Assembly: GCA_000320545.1 (NCBI GenBank)
Contig: ADNK01001990.1
Coordinates: 1-48,534, forward strand
Reading direction: 5' to 3'
DNA length: 48,534 bases
Source of the DNA: Bigelowiella natans CCMP2755
Lineage: Eukaryota; Protista; Cercozoa
The translations under genes and the position numbers were made by a program. Below are positions 28,230 through 40,540 of the stretch, piece after piece. The notes beneath the pieces were generated by a model. That model did not search any database. It saw only the letters and a list, made by a program, of their open reading frames with translations, and was not told the origin of the DNA. Numbering within the stretch: the first letter of the stretch is position 1; each line of letters begins with the position of its first letter.

Positions 28230-28680
28230 CTATAATGTAAAGGAAGATACTTACTTATCATGTATAGAGCAAGCTTGCAGTTTATGCACAAAGAAACAGA
28301 GAATGACTTGTAAATGTATTGAATCCTAGATTTTGTACAAAATTAATAAAAGAAAAGCTAAAATTTGATGGCGCAGCATTCATGCTGTGCTTACCTACAT
28401 ATTTGAGCGCACTGTATTTTAAAGTTCAGGTATGATATGTTATCTTTGGTAACGTGCAATCTTCAGTAAGGAAACGAAAACCCCTGCAGCTGCGGACTGC
28501 ATGTAGCATTTGGCAGGCTAACCGCTAGACCGGGGTGCGTACCAAATCCAGGAAGCATAGCAAATAATACATTACAAGGCTTAATTCTTGCATTTAGGAT
28601 TGATAATTGTTTTAATTAATCGTTAAAGTTACAAATAGGTTTTGGAATTTTGTATCTCTATTACTGTGCATTCATGCAAA

Positions 28681-30234
28681 TCATTTGCTACTCTTGTTCT
28701 GCATAGTTTTGAGTTTCTGTATCGCTCTATGCAGCCTGATGCGATCACCTCGTGGGCGCAAGTTGTCGTTTGTCATCATATCCATGTTATATTCGAGTAG
28801 CATAGAACCGTCAAGATCCTCCTTTTTGAGGAAATGTGAAATCTTGTGGTTCAACTCCTTGTTCTCTTTGGCCCACCTGACTACATGTTTCGACGTCCAT
28901 TCTGTAGGATTGTCAGGAAGCCTTGGAGTTTCCTTCTCCTTCTTTATATTCGACTCTTCCTCGGCAATCTTTTTTGCTTTCTCCACATTCGGAGGTTTTT
29001 CTCCCTTAGCAAGGAGCACAATATTGCCGTCCACAATGCACAGACCGTCTACCACCTCCTTGGCGGTACTCTTCCGGTGAATGATGAAGTGATTCTGGAG
29101 GGATGCCATCGAAAGGCATTTCACCTCTGTCAGCAACTTAGCAAAGCGCTCAGCCTCTTCCTCCTTTCCGGGGTAGAAACGCAAGAACATTGCCTTGGTT
29201 TGTGCTTGACTGGCGTGATTAAGCTCCACACTGAGATCACATCTCCCAGCACGAGTCAAGGCAGAGTCCAGCCGGTCTGGAAAGTTAGTTGTCATCACGA
29301 TGATCTGACCGTTTGGACTTCCTATCCCGTCTATGCCGTTAAGAAGTCCTGAAAAGGTGAGAGGGCACTGAGTATTTAAAGTTTTTCGGTCCTTGCCGAA
29401 CAAGGCGTCGATGTCCTCTATGGCGATGAGGGCGTTTTTTGGAGCCAACTCTATTGCCTTTTTGAATGATTCATCGGTGCAGTTTGAATCAGAAGGCTGA
29501 AGGAAGCACAGAGCACGATCGAAATGGGACGCGATAGCTCGGATGGTGGAACTCTTTCCCGTTCCTGGTGGGCCGTACAGCATGTAGCATCTTTTGTACG
29601 GAATGCCATGCTGATAGTACCACTTTTTAGCTTTCTTAAAATCTCCGATGTCCTCGACAATCATTTCCATTTTTTTTTTGTCAAGAATGATGGTAGAAAT
29701 AGGCCTCTTGAGCTGTCGCCTCTCTTGCTTCCAGTATTGGTATCGAGTATGCCACGTGTACACGCGGATTGTCTGCGTGTCAGGGCACTTATTGGCCTCC
29801 TCTATGGCATGATCGATAAAATTTTGAAGCACGCCCTGTTTATTCTTACCCTGGACGGCAAGGGTAAGAAATTGGTAAATTTGAGCTCCGCAATTTGTGC
29901 CAACCGGAGGTCCAACAGCTCTCAATGCAATGAAGATTTTTGAGTCCTCCCATTTCGTGGTATGTACTCCCATTCCTGGAGTAAGTCGGACTGTGCTAAC
30001 CTTTTCCTTCTTCTCCTCGTCTCCTCCCCAGTCCTCTCTTGTTGCATTGTTATTCAGTATTTCGAAGCTTGTACCAGCAGCCAATTCCTTCTCATGTAAA
30101 GGGGCAAAACTAAGAACTGCATCAAAGGCTGGGGTGCCTTTATGTACGGTGAGGATAGTGCAGTCGTTTTCCCTCAGCTCTCCTTCGAACACAGCTACGC
30201 TGGAGATGGCCTTGGTGAGAAGATTTGACGTCAT
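28681..30234 (-). CDS. Intronless BCS1-like AAA+ ATPase with C-terminal SAM-like domain (517 aa)
   Basis: WYYQHGIPYKRCYMLYGPPGTGKSS, IEDID, TFSGLLNGIDG and MTTNFPDRLDSALTRAGRCD (BCS1-type AAA). The C-terminus PTEWTSKHVVRW..LDGSMLL..GDRIRLHRAIQKL matches the SAM pattern. Confidence 0.88.
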   Translation of the reverse strand: MTSNLLTKAISSVAVFEGELRENDCTILTVHKGTPAFDAVLSFAPLHEKELAAGTSFEILNNNATREDWGGDEEKKEKVSTVRLTPGMGVHTTKWEDSKIFIALRAVGPPVGTNCGAQIYQFLTLAVQGKNKQGVLQNFIDHAIEEANKCPDTQTIRVYTWHTRYQYWKQERRQLKRPISTIILDKKKMEMIVEDIGDFKKAKKWYYQHGIPYKRCYMLYGPPGTGKSSTIRAIASHFDRALCFLQPSDSNCTDESFKKAIELAPKNALIAIEDIDALFGKDRKTLNTQCPLTFSGLLNGIDGIGSPNGQIIVMTTNFPDRLDSALTRAGRCDLSVELNHASQAQTKAMFLRFYPGKEEEAERFAKLLTEVKCLSMASLQNHFIIHRKSTAKEVVDGLCIVDGNIVLLAKGEKPPNVEKAKKIAEEESNIKKEKETPRLPDNPTEWTSKHVVRWAKENKELNHKISHFLKKEDLDGSMLLEYNMDMMTNDNLRPRGDRIRLHRAIQKLKTMQNKSSK

Positions 30235-30791
30235 GGTGTTTCGATTTTGGGTTCTAGTTTCTCCGTTCGCGATCTACGTTATGAGGTGAATAATGCATCC
30301 TCCTCGGATCCAGGAAGGGCGGAAAAACTTGCGAACAGGAAAATAAACATGCGATTTCTGATAAGCGTCATCCAAATCTACGTGGAAACGCAGAAAATCG
30401 GGTTCTCGAACGCTCGAACGCCCCTGGATCAGTCTGCGAAGTTTCCGACAGCCAGTCAGATTTGCCAAATGTTTCCTGTTCAATTTACGGATATTCAATG
30501 GAGAAACTCCGAGAATCTCCAAATGGAACTCCTCCAGGAAATACGACAAGCCTCGCCACTTTCTGGTTATGATCGGAGTTTTTTTCTGCCGAGATTCGGG
30601 TCAGCGATACGAAGGGCAAACTACGACCGCTCGCTCTGAAACGTTTACGAAAACCAGGTTGATTTTGCTATTGCGACACGAAATATACGATGTCATACAA
30701 TAGAATCTTCGGCTTTTCTGGTGGGTAAGAGACAAGGAATCTGTCTTATTTGGAGCTGTACCTCTGGGTGAGGTTGCAAGCACGTGGGAAG
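30235..30791. promoter_or_regulatory. Putative bidirectional promoter region (BCS1-like / RRP5)
   Basis: About 560 bp between divergent ATGs. Based on position only. Confidence 0.4.
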
Positions 30792-33533
30792 ATGGCTTCT
30801 TTCATCCGCGGCGAACTTGACGCGAAGGGAGAGGGCGGAAAGAAGGGCAAGGAGATACGGAATCTTTTTGGGTCGAAAGGAAAATCTTCGCTGAAAAGCA
30901 AGAAGAAGAAGACCCCTCGAAAGCGCAGCGCACCTTCCCCAGGTAACTTCTTCACTTAGTGGCTCAGTTTCGAGTCTCACCATTCAATGTGGTAGGTGGC
31001 GCGAACAAAAAACGAAGGAAGTCGAGCCGGATAGACGGTTTATCGCGTAAGTCAATAAATGTTGGCGTGCAAATGATGGGCGCGGTGTCTCGTATAAATG
31101 AGATCGATGTTACGGTCGATCTACCCGGCGGACTCAGGGGATATTTGTCGCTTCGTGAGGTGAATTGCTGCATCATCTTAAGTTATACCTTATTCTTTGA
31201 GTAGAAATGTCATATCAAGATTTTGCGTCCAACTGATGATTGGGGGTGTTCTAAAGAGCAAAATACAATGTGTTGATCTCTTCAGGTGTCGGATTCTGCC
31301 CTGTCTGCAGTCGACGACTATCTTCTACGGGAAGAGAAAATGCAAGCCGAGTTGGGCACAAGTGACGACATGGAGCAAGATGGTGAAGGTGAAGGAAGCA
31401 ACATTCCTCAATTAAGCAAGATGTTCAAGGTGGGGGACATCGTTAATGTGGTGGCAATCAAAGTCGACCAGACAACAAAGCCGACGAGAATAGAGTTATC
31501 GTCACGTGCCTCCCTACTGAACAAAGATTTAGAGGAGGATGACATTCAACCAGGTTTGTGAGCATAGAGTCATAGATATTAATGCATATACAAGTGTCGT
31601 GCTGTGTGCGCGTTTGCGTGTGTGTTGGAACATGTAATTATGCCCAGATGTGTAGAGGGGTAAAAATAGATTAAGGTACAACGTGTAGTTGTCGAATGCC
31701 TGCTGCTTTTCCTCTGTGCTCTATTTATGATCATTATTTCACTATTTCAGGTAAGATAATATATGGGGCGGTGTCCTCAATTGAGGAGCGGGGATGGATA
31801 ATCGACCTTGGGTTGGAAGAGGAGAACCTCAACGGTTTCATGCCGTTCCCTAAAAAATCAAAGAATGACGATAGCAGTAGCACAACGCCCCCCGCGTCTA
31901 AATACGAAATTGGACAACCGCTATACCTGAAAGTCGTCTCGCGAAAAGGGCGGACGCTCCGTCTTGCAGCCTCTCGAAAGCAGCTGCTGAAGGCTCCTCC
32001 TCTTCCAGCGAGTGCAAGGTGGGAGGCGTTGCAACCTGGTGTCTTAGTCGAGCTCCCCCAAAAGGACAAAAAGTCTTCGATAAGTACGCTCGCTGATGGC
32101 GCAAACGGAGTGACTGTTTCCCTCCTGAACAACTCTTTCGAGGGTACGATACACGCTCTCCACACCGCCGCCTACCCCAAGAAGGACACAGACGACGACG
32201 AGACCAAGAACGGCGAGGGGGGGAAGGAGAAGCTACCTTTAGCAAGAATACTATATGTGGATCCTAACCGGCGTAAGATCGGGCTTTCGTGCCTCCCCCA
32301 CCTTCTCGACCTCACAGCGTTGCAGCTGCCCGCGAACCTAGTCCGCGGGGCTGTTGAAAGCGGCGCGCTGGTTGAGTGGGTAGATCATCGTGCTGGAGCG
32401 TTGATACGACTCCCTAGCATGACAAGTAGTAGTAACAGCAGCAGCAGCAGCAGCAGCACTCCCTCGTCCCCCTCCTCCTCTTCAACGGCGGCAGGTCATC
32501 TGACTTGCACAAGGGCATGGGTGCGCAAATCCGAAGTTGCTGAAGAGGAGGTCTCGGTGGTGAAACTGAAGACAGGATCGAAGCATCCTTCTCGTATCTT
32601 GGGTATAAACTACCTCGAGGGATATGCTATTGCGTCTCTCAAGCCTTCTGTTATAGCACGAGAGATACTTGGCTACGACGACGTCCAGGTTCCGCCCCCT
32701 CATGCTAGCTTGCCGATCAACAACGACACGACACTTGCGAATTTTCAACTGATCCATTCCTGTTTCTGCTCCCTCTACATCTAACGCAGGCGGGTATGAT
32801 CATAAAGGGAAAGGTCTTCAAGTTTGGGGACTCTGGTGTGTATTATGCAATCACCGCAATCACCACAATCGTCATACATAGAACACGCCCCCTTTTTCAA
32901 CATCATCTGCCCCCCGTGCGATGATTTCCCAATATTTCCATTCCCCCCCCCCCTATTACCTCGTTCTAATGGCCCTTCGTGATCGTCGTCATCATCGTCG
33001 TCGTCGCGTGCTAATTGTTGTCACAACACGACAGGCGCCATCGTCCAGATAACTCCCGGCGTGCGCGCTCTTATCCCCATGATGCACCTCAGCGATGCCA
33101 ATCTCGACGGCATGCAAGGGGGCGGCAGAAACTCCTCCTCCAGCAAGGCTCAGATCGTAAAACTCAAGAAACGGTTCCAGGCTGGGAGGATGGTCAAGTG
33201 CCGCGTCCTCAGCGTCGAGCCCGGGAAGAAGCGCTGCCTGGCAACGGCGAAGCGCTCGATGGTGAAGTCCTCCGTGCCGGTAGCTCGGTCGTACGACACC
33301 CTGAGGAAGGGCGCTCTATGCACCGGGTTCGTGGCTGCAGTGAAGGCCTGGGGCGTGATCGTCGAGTTCTACAATCACGTGCACGGTGTCCTCCACGCCT
33401 CCAAGCTGAAGCTCGCTGAGGACGAGAAGATCGTCGATATGTTCTACAGAGGACAGGTAGTGCTTGCGCTGGGCTGTGTGCTGCGTGCTGCTGCGCCCTC
33501 TTCTCTGCAATTATATTTATACGATATAAATAA

Positions 33534-33612
<79 letters not shown>

Positions 33613-35765
33613 AGCATCTCACTTAGCGACCAAGAGTTGAGCAAACATTCCCGCCCGGGAGGCCTTCCCCCCCCCCCCCCCCCATCTTCATTGCACATTG
33701 TTTGATAATACCTAATCAGGTCGTGCAGTGTTCCGTGCTGCAATGTGTGCCCTCGAAGCAGCGCTTGCAGCTGGGGCTCGCCATTCACAGTAAGGATGAT
33801 GACGTGCGTCGGAAGGCCATGCGATGCAGGAAGGCGTTCCCACTCGGCACGTGCGTAGACGGTGTCGTCGTAGGCTATCGTATGAAGGTATTATTATTTG
33901 TGGCAGCAACCGTAGTTGCTAGTACTACTACTAGGTTTATAGTAGAAGTAGTAGTAGTAGTAGGAGGAGGAGGAGGAGGAGGGGGAGGAGGAGTAGAAGT
34001 ACTAATAGTTAAGCATACTGCTGATAGCTAACCATCGACGATATGTGTCGTACGATCTGCTGGACAAAATCTCTTCGTAGGAATCAAGCAATGATGCCGA
34101 TGCCGACGACGAGGTCAAAGCAAAGGGCAAGAACGACGGCGACAGCGACAACGACGGCGATAGGGATGCTAGCACCAGTGGGGGGGGCGGGGGCGACGAC
34201 AATACTCAGGGAGAGGAGTCCTTCCAGAAAACACGCTACGAGATCATAGTTCGCCTCACTTTACCGCGGGCTAAGGGCGATAAGGAGGAGGAGGAGGAGG
34301 AGGGGGGCGAGGGCAAGCGAGAAACAGTGGACGCAATTCTCCCCGCAGAGCACCTTTCTGATGATCTACGCCACGCTAGCGCCATGCTACGACTGTACAG
34401 ACAGGAGGGCACAAGGCTGAAGAACCTCCTCGTAGTCGACCACAGGAGGAAGGAAGGCGCGCCTCTGCTTTCCGCAAAGCCCTCCCTCATTTCCGCGGTG
34501 AAGCGGAAGGAGATCCCGTCTCCCCATAATCTAGATCCCCTCTCAGAGGGCGCTCTGATCTGCGGCTACGTCGCAAACGTCACAAGCTTCGGGGTCTTCG
34601 TACGCTTCCTCGGCCAGCTAACGGGATTTGCCCCGCGAAAGCTGATTGGCGACAGCAGCGGATACGTCTCAGAGCCAATGAGGCTGTTCTCAGTTGGCCA
34701 ATCCGTGATGGCGCTGGTTAAGTCGCTGGAGGAAAATAAGGACGGTGGCAGCAGCAAGAAGACGAAAAAGAAGAGGAAGGACAACGACACCGACGACGGC
34801 ATGGCAGCAGCAGCCTCGAGAGCACCTGCCTGGAAGAAGCTCAGAATTCAGGTTGTATCATCAATGAGGCCAACAATGGGAGGGGTAGACAGACGTATAG
34901 ATGGCGGCAGTTGTTGCGACACACGCCTTTATATAGATCGTCGATTCTGCCATTTGCGAATCTCTTTTGTCATCACCTTCACCATCATCGATGCTTCTCT
35001 GAGATAGTATCAACCCAAAGCTCAGGCGCTTTGTTGCGAATGCTGGCAATTTCCCCTCCATTATTTGTGATGAATCCCTCCCTCTCTTCCCCATCACCTC
35101 TACCCGCCGTTGCTGTTCTTTCATCATCCGTAGGTTTCCCTCCGAGCATCAGACACGGTACTCTCCAAGCGCCAGGCTCGCATGCATGTCAGGAACTGGT
35201 TCAAGGAGAAGCACATGATTGACCGCTACATGGCCGAAAAGGCAGCTGCTGCAGCATCTAAGAGTGCTGCCAGTAGCGGGGGGGGTGAAGGAAAGGAGGG
35301 CTCCGCGGAGTGTCTTAGGTGGGATTTGATATGCTATTTGTAGCTTTGCGTATAACCAATAGCAAGTGAAGCGAGAGAGAGTACATGGAAGATCTGTGAA
35401 AATTAAGAGAAAGGAACATGAGAGTCGGGAGCAATTCGAAATGCTGAATTCTCGTTGTCAATGTGTATTTGGCGGGCGCCTTGGGTTGTTAATTTGCAGG
35501 TCCTTCACGTACGGCGGTGTTGTGATCGGAGAGATAACACGGGTCGCCGCCAGCGCTGTGGTATTGCGGTTCCATGGGTCTCTCGGCGTGAAAGGGGTAG
35601 CCCTTCTGAATGCTGCTGCCGGTGATGAAGAGGATGGTGACGACGGGAAGAAGGCAGCGGCGAAGAAGAAGAAGAGGAAATTGAAGAAGAGGTTCCAAGT
35701 GGGAGCCAAGGTTCGCTGCCGTGTGCTGGATGTCGATCCTATAAAGGTATGGCCTGTTTGTTTAG

Positions 35766-35807
<42 letters not shown>

Positions 35808-38800
35808 GCATAGCAGCACCCTCTTCCTGCTTCTCCCCAACCTAATTATTTCGAATATTGCTGCTGCTTCCGTCCACAAAATTAACTCAAATGAAACCAA
35901 TGCTCTTAAACTCGTTCCCCCTTGATGTTTGATCGCAGCGGATTGTGGACGTGTCCATCGAGGATTGGGTATGTAGCGGCGATGCCATCATCACGAAAGG
36001 TGCGGGCGACGACGAGGCACTTGCGAGTCAGGCAGAGAAAACGACCAAGGCTCTGCAGATATCCTGCGCTGCAATGGAGAAGGGAACGAGTGTCTCTGGA
36101 AAGATCCTTCTCGTGAAGAAGGGCTACGTGGTGTTTGGCGTTGATCCTACGAGCAAGAACGCACTGCCGCCGGTAAGAGAAGCCTGCGACAATAGCAACA
36201 ATCATGATCTTCTTAACGATGGTGGTGGGACGATGCTGTAGCTAATAGAGGCCGTGTTTTGATGTTGGCGGATGTCTCTCTAATGACTCACTCTCATCGC
36301 TCTTCGTTCACATTCAGATCGGCTATATGCTAACGACAACGCCCAACCTAAGACTGGCTTCGATGTCTCTCTTCAGCATTGGCCAGAAGTTGAAGGCTCG
36401 CATTGCGCACCCGCCAAAATCGCCGGCGGACACGGCAGCAGGGGCGGCGGCTGCCTCCTTGCGAGTAGGCTCGATCTCAGGAATGCTCCTCCTGTCCACC
36501 GACCTCAACAAAGCAACCGCAAAGAACAAGGCGATGATGAGGTTCTATGACCCCAGTGTGAAATCCGCCGCAGATCTGCTTCCCGGCCGCCACGTGCTTG
36601 CCAAGATTGCTGGCATGAAGTCGTCCTTCTACGCCTCCGTCGCATTCGCTCCTCGTCGGGCCGGCAAGCCATCACTTTACGGACGCGTGCACGTGTCGTG
36701 TTGGGAGCTTACCCAGCTGCTCTCGATTAAGCCGAATCCAAAGCACGCATCTGAAGAGGACATCAAGGCCGAAGAGGCCGCGAGGAAGGCGATGGAGGGC
36801 GGCGATAAGGCTGTCGTCGTGAATCTTTTGAAGGCCGTGAAGATGAGGGTAGGAAAGCTCGTCAAGCTGCACATCACTGAGAAAATCAGCGACTCGCTGT
36901 TTGAATGCTCGCACCGAATGCCGCCATCGCAGAAGAACAACAAGAAGAAGGAGGAGGAGGAAGGAATGAGCGCCTCTGACCTATCAACGATGAAGGTAGG
37001 CAGCCAGCTGACTGGGTTCGTCGATCGCATCACAGTAGGAGGAGGGGGGGGGGGCAGCAAAACGAGCATATGGATAAATGTCATGCCCAAAGTGCAGGCT
37101 AGAATATCGCTGCTGGACGCGCTCGACGTCTACACGATTGTGCAGGCCGAGAGTGATGGGAAGATGAAGAATAAGAAGAAGCAGACTCAAGGCAAAAAGG
37201 AGGGGGGGGGGAATCCTTCTGTGGTGGCAGTACCCAGCAGCGTCGATATTGCTGCGGCGGCCTCCGCCACGACCCTAGCCGCTCGGTTCCCCGTCGGGAA
37301 GCGAGTGCAAGCAACTATCTTCAACCTCGCTCTGGAAGAGAACCATCGCCGTATCGACGCGACATTGCTGCCGGTCGCCTCTTGCGGCGGCGTCGATGCT
37401 GCGGGAAGAGCCATTCTGACCCCCGGGGCTGTGGTGATGGCAAGAGTGCTGCGCACCTTCCGGAACGAGGGCGTGATCCTTGCTTTGCCGCATGGGCTCA
37501 GTGGCCGCTGCGAATTGACGGAGATCTGTGATGAATGGCAGGTAGACCCCCTGGCCAGCATTAAAACGGGAAAGCTCCTCCCGGCGAAGATCTTATCGTG
37601 CAGCCTGCAGGACAACGTTGACCCCCCCCGGTACAAGGTCAGCGTCACGCTGCGACGCTCCCGTATTATCGCTGGGGCGGGGGAGAAGGAACAAGAGGTC
37701 AAGCTGCACGATATTGTGAGGGGCTACATCCGCAACGTCGGCAAGGGGCTCTTTGTGAATTTGCGAGGGGGGGTGGTGGCTCGAGTGCAGATTTCGCACA
37801 TGTCGGACGACTTCATCCCGGCTGATAAAATCGCGCAGCGGTTCGTGAAAGGCATGCTGGTCACGGGGAAGATCATCAGCATCGCAGGAGGGAAAATCGA
37901 GCTCTCTCTCAAGTCGTCGGTCGTGAGCGGCAAGCCGGAGGATGACAACGCCGCCAGCGCAAATAGCAAGCTCAGGGATATATCAGACGTGAAAGAGGGG
38001 GGCGTCTATCGTGGAGTGGTAACCAGCGTGAAAGACTACGGGGCCTTCATAAAGCTGGAAGGGGGGGGGAGAGTGAGCGGCCTCTGCCACAGGTCGAAGC
38101 TGTCTGACTCGTTCGTAAAGGATGCAGGAAAAGTCGTAAGCGTGGGTGAAAAGGTCAAGGTCAAGGTGCTCGAGGTGGATACAAAGAAACGTAGGCTCGC
38201 TTTTTCTATGAAGGAGACGGATTTGGACCAGGATGATGATGATGATGAAGATGAAGATGAAGATGAAGATGATGAAGAAGAGGACGAGGAGGGAGAGGAA
38301 GATAGTGATGACGATGACGACGACGACGACGACGACGATGACTTCGAAACTCTCCAGGTGGGAGCTGAGGACGATGAGAGTGGAAATAATGATGACGATG
38401 AAGATGATAACGACGAATCGAATAAAAAAAGTACGGCAACCAAGAGTAATGTTGAAAACGCAGTGAAGGAACTCATGATGGAAGTAGACGACGAGGACGA
38501 GGACGAGGACGATGAGGACGACGACGACGACGATGATGATGATGACGACGAAGAAGAGGAGGAAGAGGAGGGAAAAACGGCATTAAAGGCGATGGAAGAG
38601 GAAGAGAATGATGATGAGGACGATGACGATGATGACGACGATGAGGATGAAGACGAAGAGGACAGTGATGATGATGATGATGATGATGACGATGATGGCG
38701 AAGTCCAGTCTCTCGTGGTGCCTAACGCAGACGAGAGCAAAGAGGAGGAGGGCGACGAGGAGGCTGACAGCGATGCCGACGACGATGACGAGCTCGAGAA

Positions 38801-40020
38801 CAGTGAACAAGACGGAACTACGAAGGGTGGGAAGCAGAAGAAGCGTGGCAATCGCGCCAACAGCGAGCGAGGTCTCGAGAGAAAGATAGAAATGAAAGAG
38901 CAGGGCCTTCTGGAGGGAAGGGCTCCGGAGAGCGCTCAGGAGTACGAGCGACTCGTGGTCGCCTCTCCCAACAGCAGCATAGTTTGGATCAAGTACATCG
39001 CCTACTTCGTCTCTTTGGCGGAGATATCAAAGGCGAGGCAGATCGCGGAGAGGGCGCTCAAAGCCATATCATTTCGGGAGGAGAAGGAGAAGCTGGTACA
39101 TTGTTGTAGTAATGATAGTAGTAGTTGTTATAGTTGTCGTAACAGCAGATATTGAAAACGAGGAGGAGGGAGGGGGAGGGGGGTGGGGGGAGGGCTAGGC
39201 TGTTGCTTTTATACTCTATTTTTCGAATTAAAAGATAGAGGCAATGATGGTGGATGGATTACCGAGTTAGAAAAGGAGTAGTTGCCAACAAGAGAAAAAG
39301 TATAGACATCATTTTACGATATTTTCCCTCTTCTCCTTGTTCCTCCTCATCTTTTCATCTCCCCGCCCATCGTCACTATTTCCCCAGAACGTCTGGACAG
39401 CATGGCTCAACCTCGAGAACATGTACGGGACGGAAGAGTCGCTAGAGAGGGTGCGGCGAGAGGCCGTGCAGTTTTGCGAGCCGCTGCAAATCCACACGCG
39501 CATGGCGCGCATCTTCGAGGACACGAAGAAGTACGAGAAGGCCGAGGCACAGCACAAGATGCTCTGCCGCAAGTTTCGCCAATCCGCGAAGGCCTGGACG
39601 GACTTCGCGGCGTTCCTCTTCCGTCGTAGTCGGGGATCTGAAACGCGGGCGCTGATGGAGGAGGGGCTGAAAGTGCTGCCGCGCGTGGACCATGTGAAAT
39701 TGATAACGAAGTTCGGACAGATGGAGTACAGCATCGGCTCAGCTGAGCGCGGCCGCACCATTTTTGACAACGTCGTTGCCAACTATCCAAAGCGCGTCGA
39801 TGTGTGGTCCGTTTACATCGATATGGAAGTCAAGCACGGCGACCAGGAGTCCGTGCGCCGCATCATGGCCCGCGCCACTAACCTCAACCTTTCCACCAAA
39901 AAGATGAAGTTCCTCTTCACCAAGTGCCTCGACTACGAGAAGGAGCACGGGACGGAGGAGAGTGCGAATGCCATTAAGGAGAAGGCAAGGGAGTACATCC
40001 AGAACAAAGCGAACGCGTAG
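30792..40020 (+). CDS. RRP5: rRNA biogenesis protein Rrp5 (S1 repeats plus C-terminal HAT repeats), multi-exon
   Basis: MASFIRG start; many S1 repeats (e.g. GVVTSVKDYGAFIKL..SGLCHRSKLSD); C-terminal [42 protein letters not shown] and YPKRVDVWSVYIDME. Confidence 0.95.
33542..33610. repeat. Compound (TA)n(GA)n microsatellite in an RRP5 intron, representative of dozens of intronic microsatellites
   Basis: Directly visible. Similar compound or dinucleotide tracts occur at e.g. ~12126-12202, ~19409-19476 and ~47615-47697. Confidence 0.95.
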
Positions 40021-40051
40021 TGCATGTGTGTGCATGATGTGTGTCGTGAGA

Positions 40052-40095
<44 letters not shown>

Positions 40096-40540
40096 TCTGT
40101 AAACCCCAGGAGCAAGGTTGCTTTTGTGGTGCGACAATAGCAAAGGCATGGCACTGTTCTTTGCTCATACTTATTTATTTGTAGCACCTGTTGCAACCGC
40201 ACCCATCAACATGATGAGCATGCTTGCGATTATGCAATAATGTTCGAATATAGCTAGAATAGCACTGCCCGCCAAGCAGTGATTCTGAGTCTACTACATA
40301 TGATGAGATATTGTTTGCCGAGGCCATTAAGTTCGCGACATGATGATCGACCACACACTAGCTATAGCTAGCATGCGCAGTACACATGCTAACATGGCAC
40401 ACGAAGCCGTCATGCGCTATTATGCTGCAGTGCATGACACACGTGCGTATGTACGTGTAATCTAACGGCGTACATACGAGCAACTTTTGTTGACAAAATG
40501 GTGCCAGAAGCAAGCAAATTGACCAACATAGCAGTTATCA

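Noticed and set aside
38036-38860. 274-aa poly-Ser ORF on the minus strand
   Set aside because: Antisense shadow of the RRP5 acidic tract.
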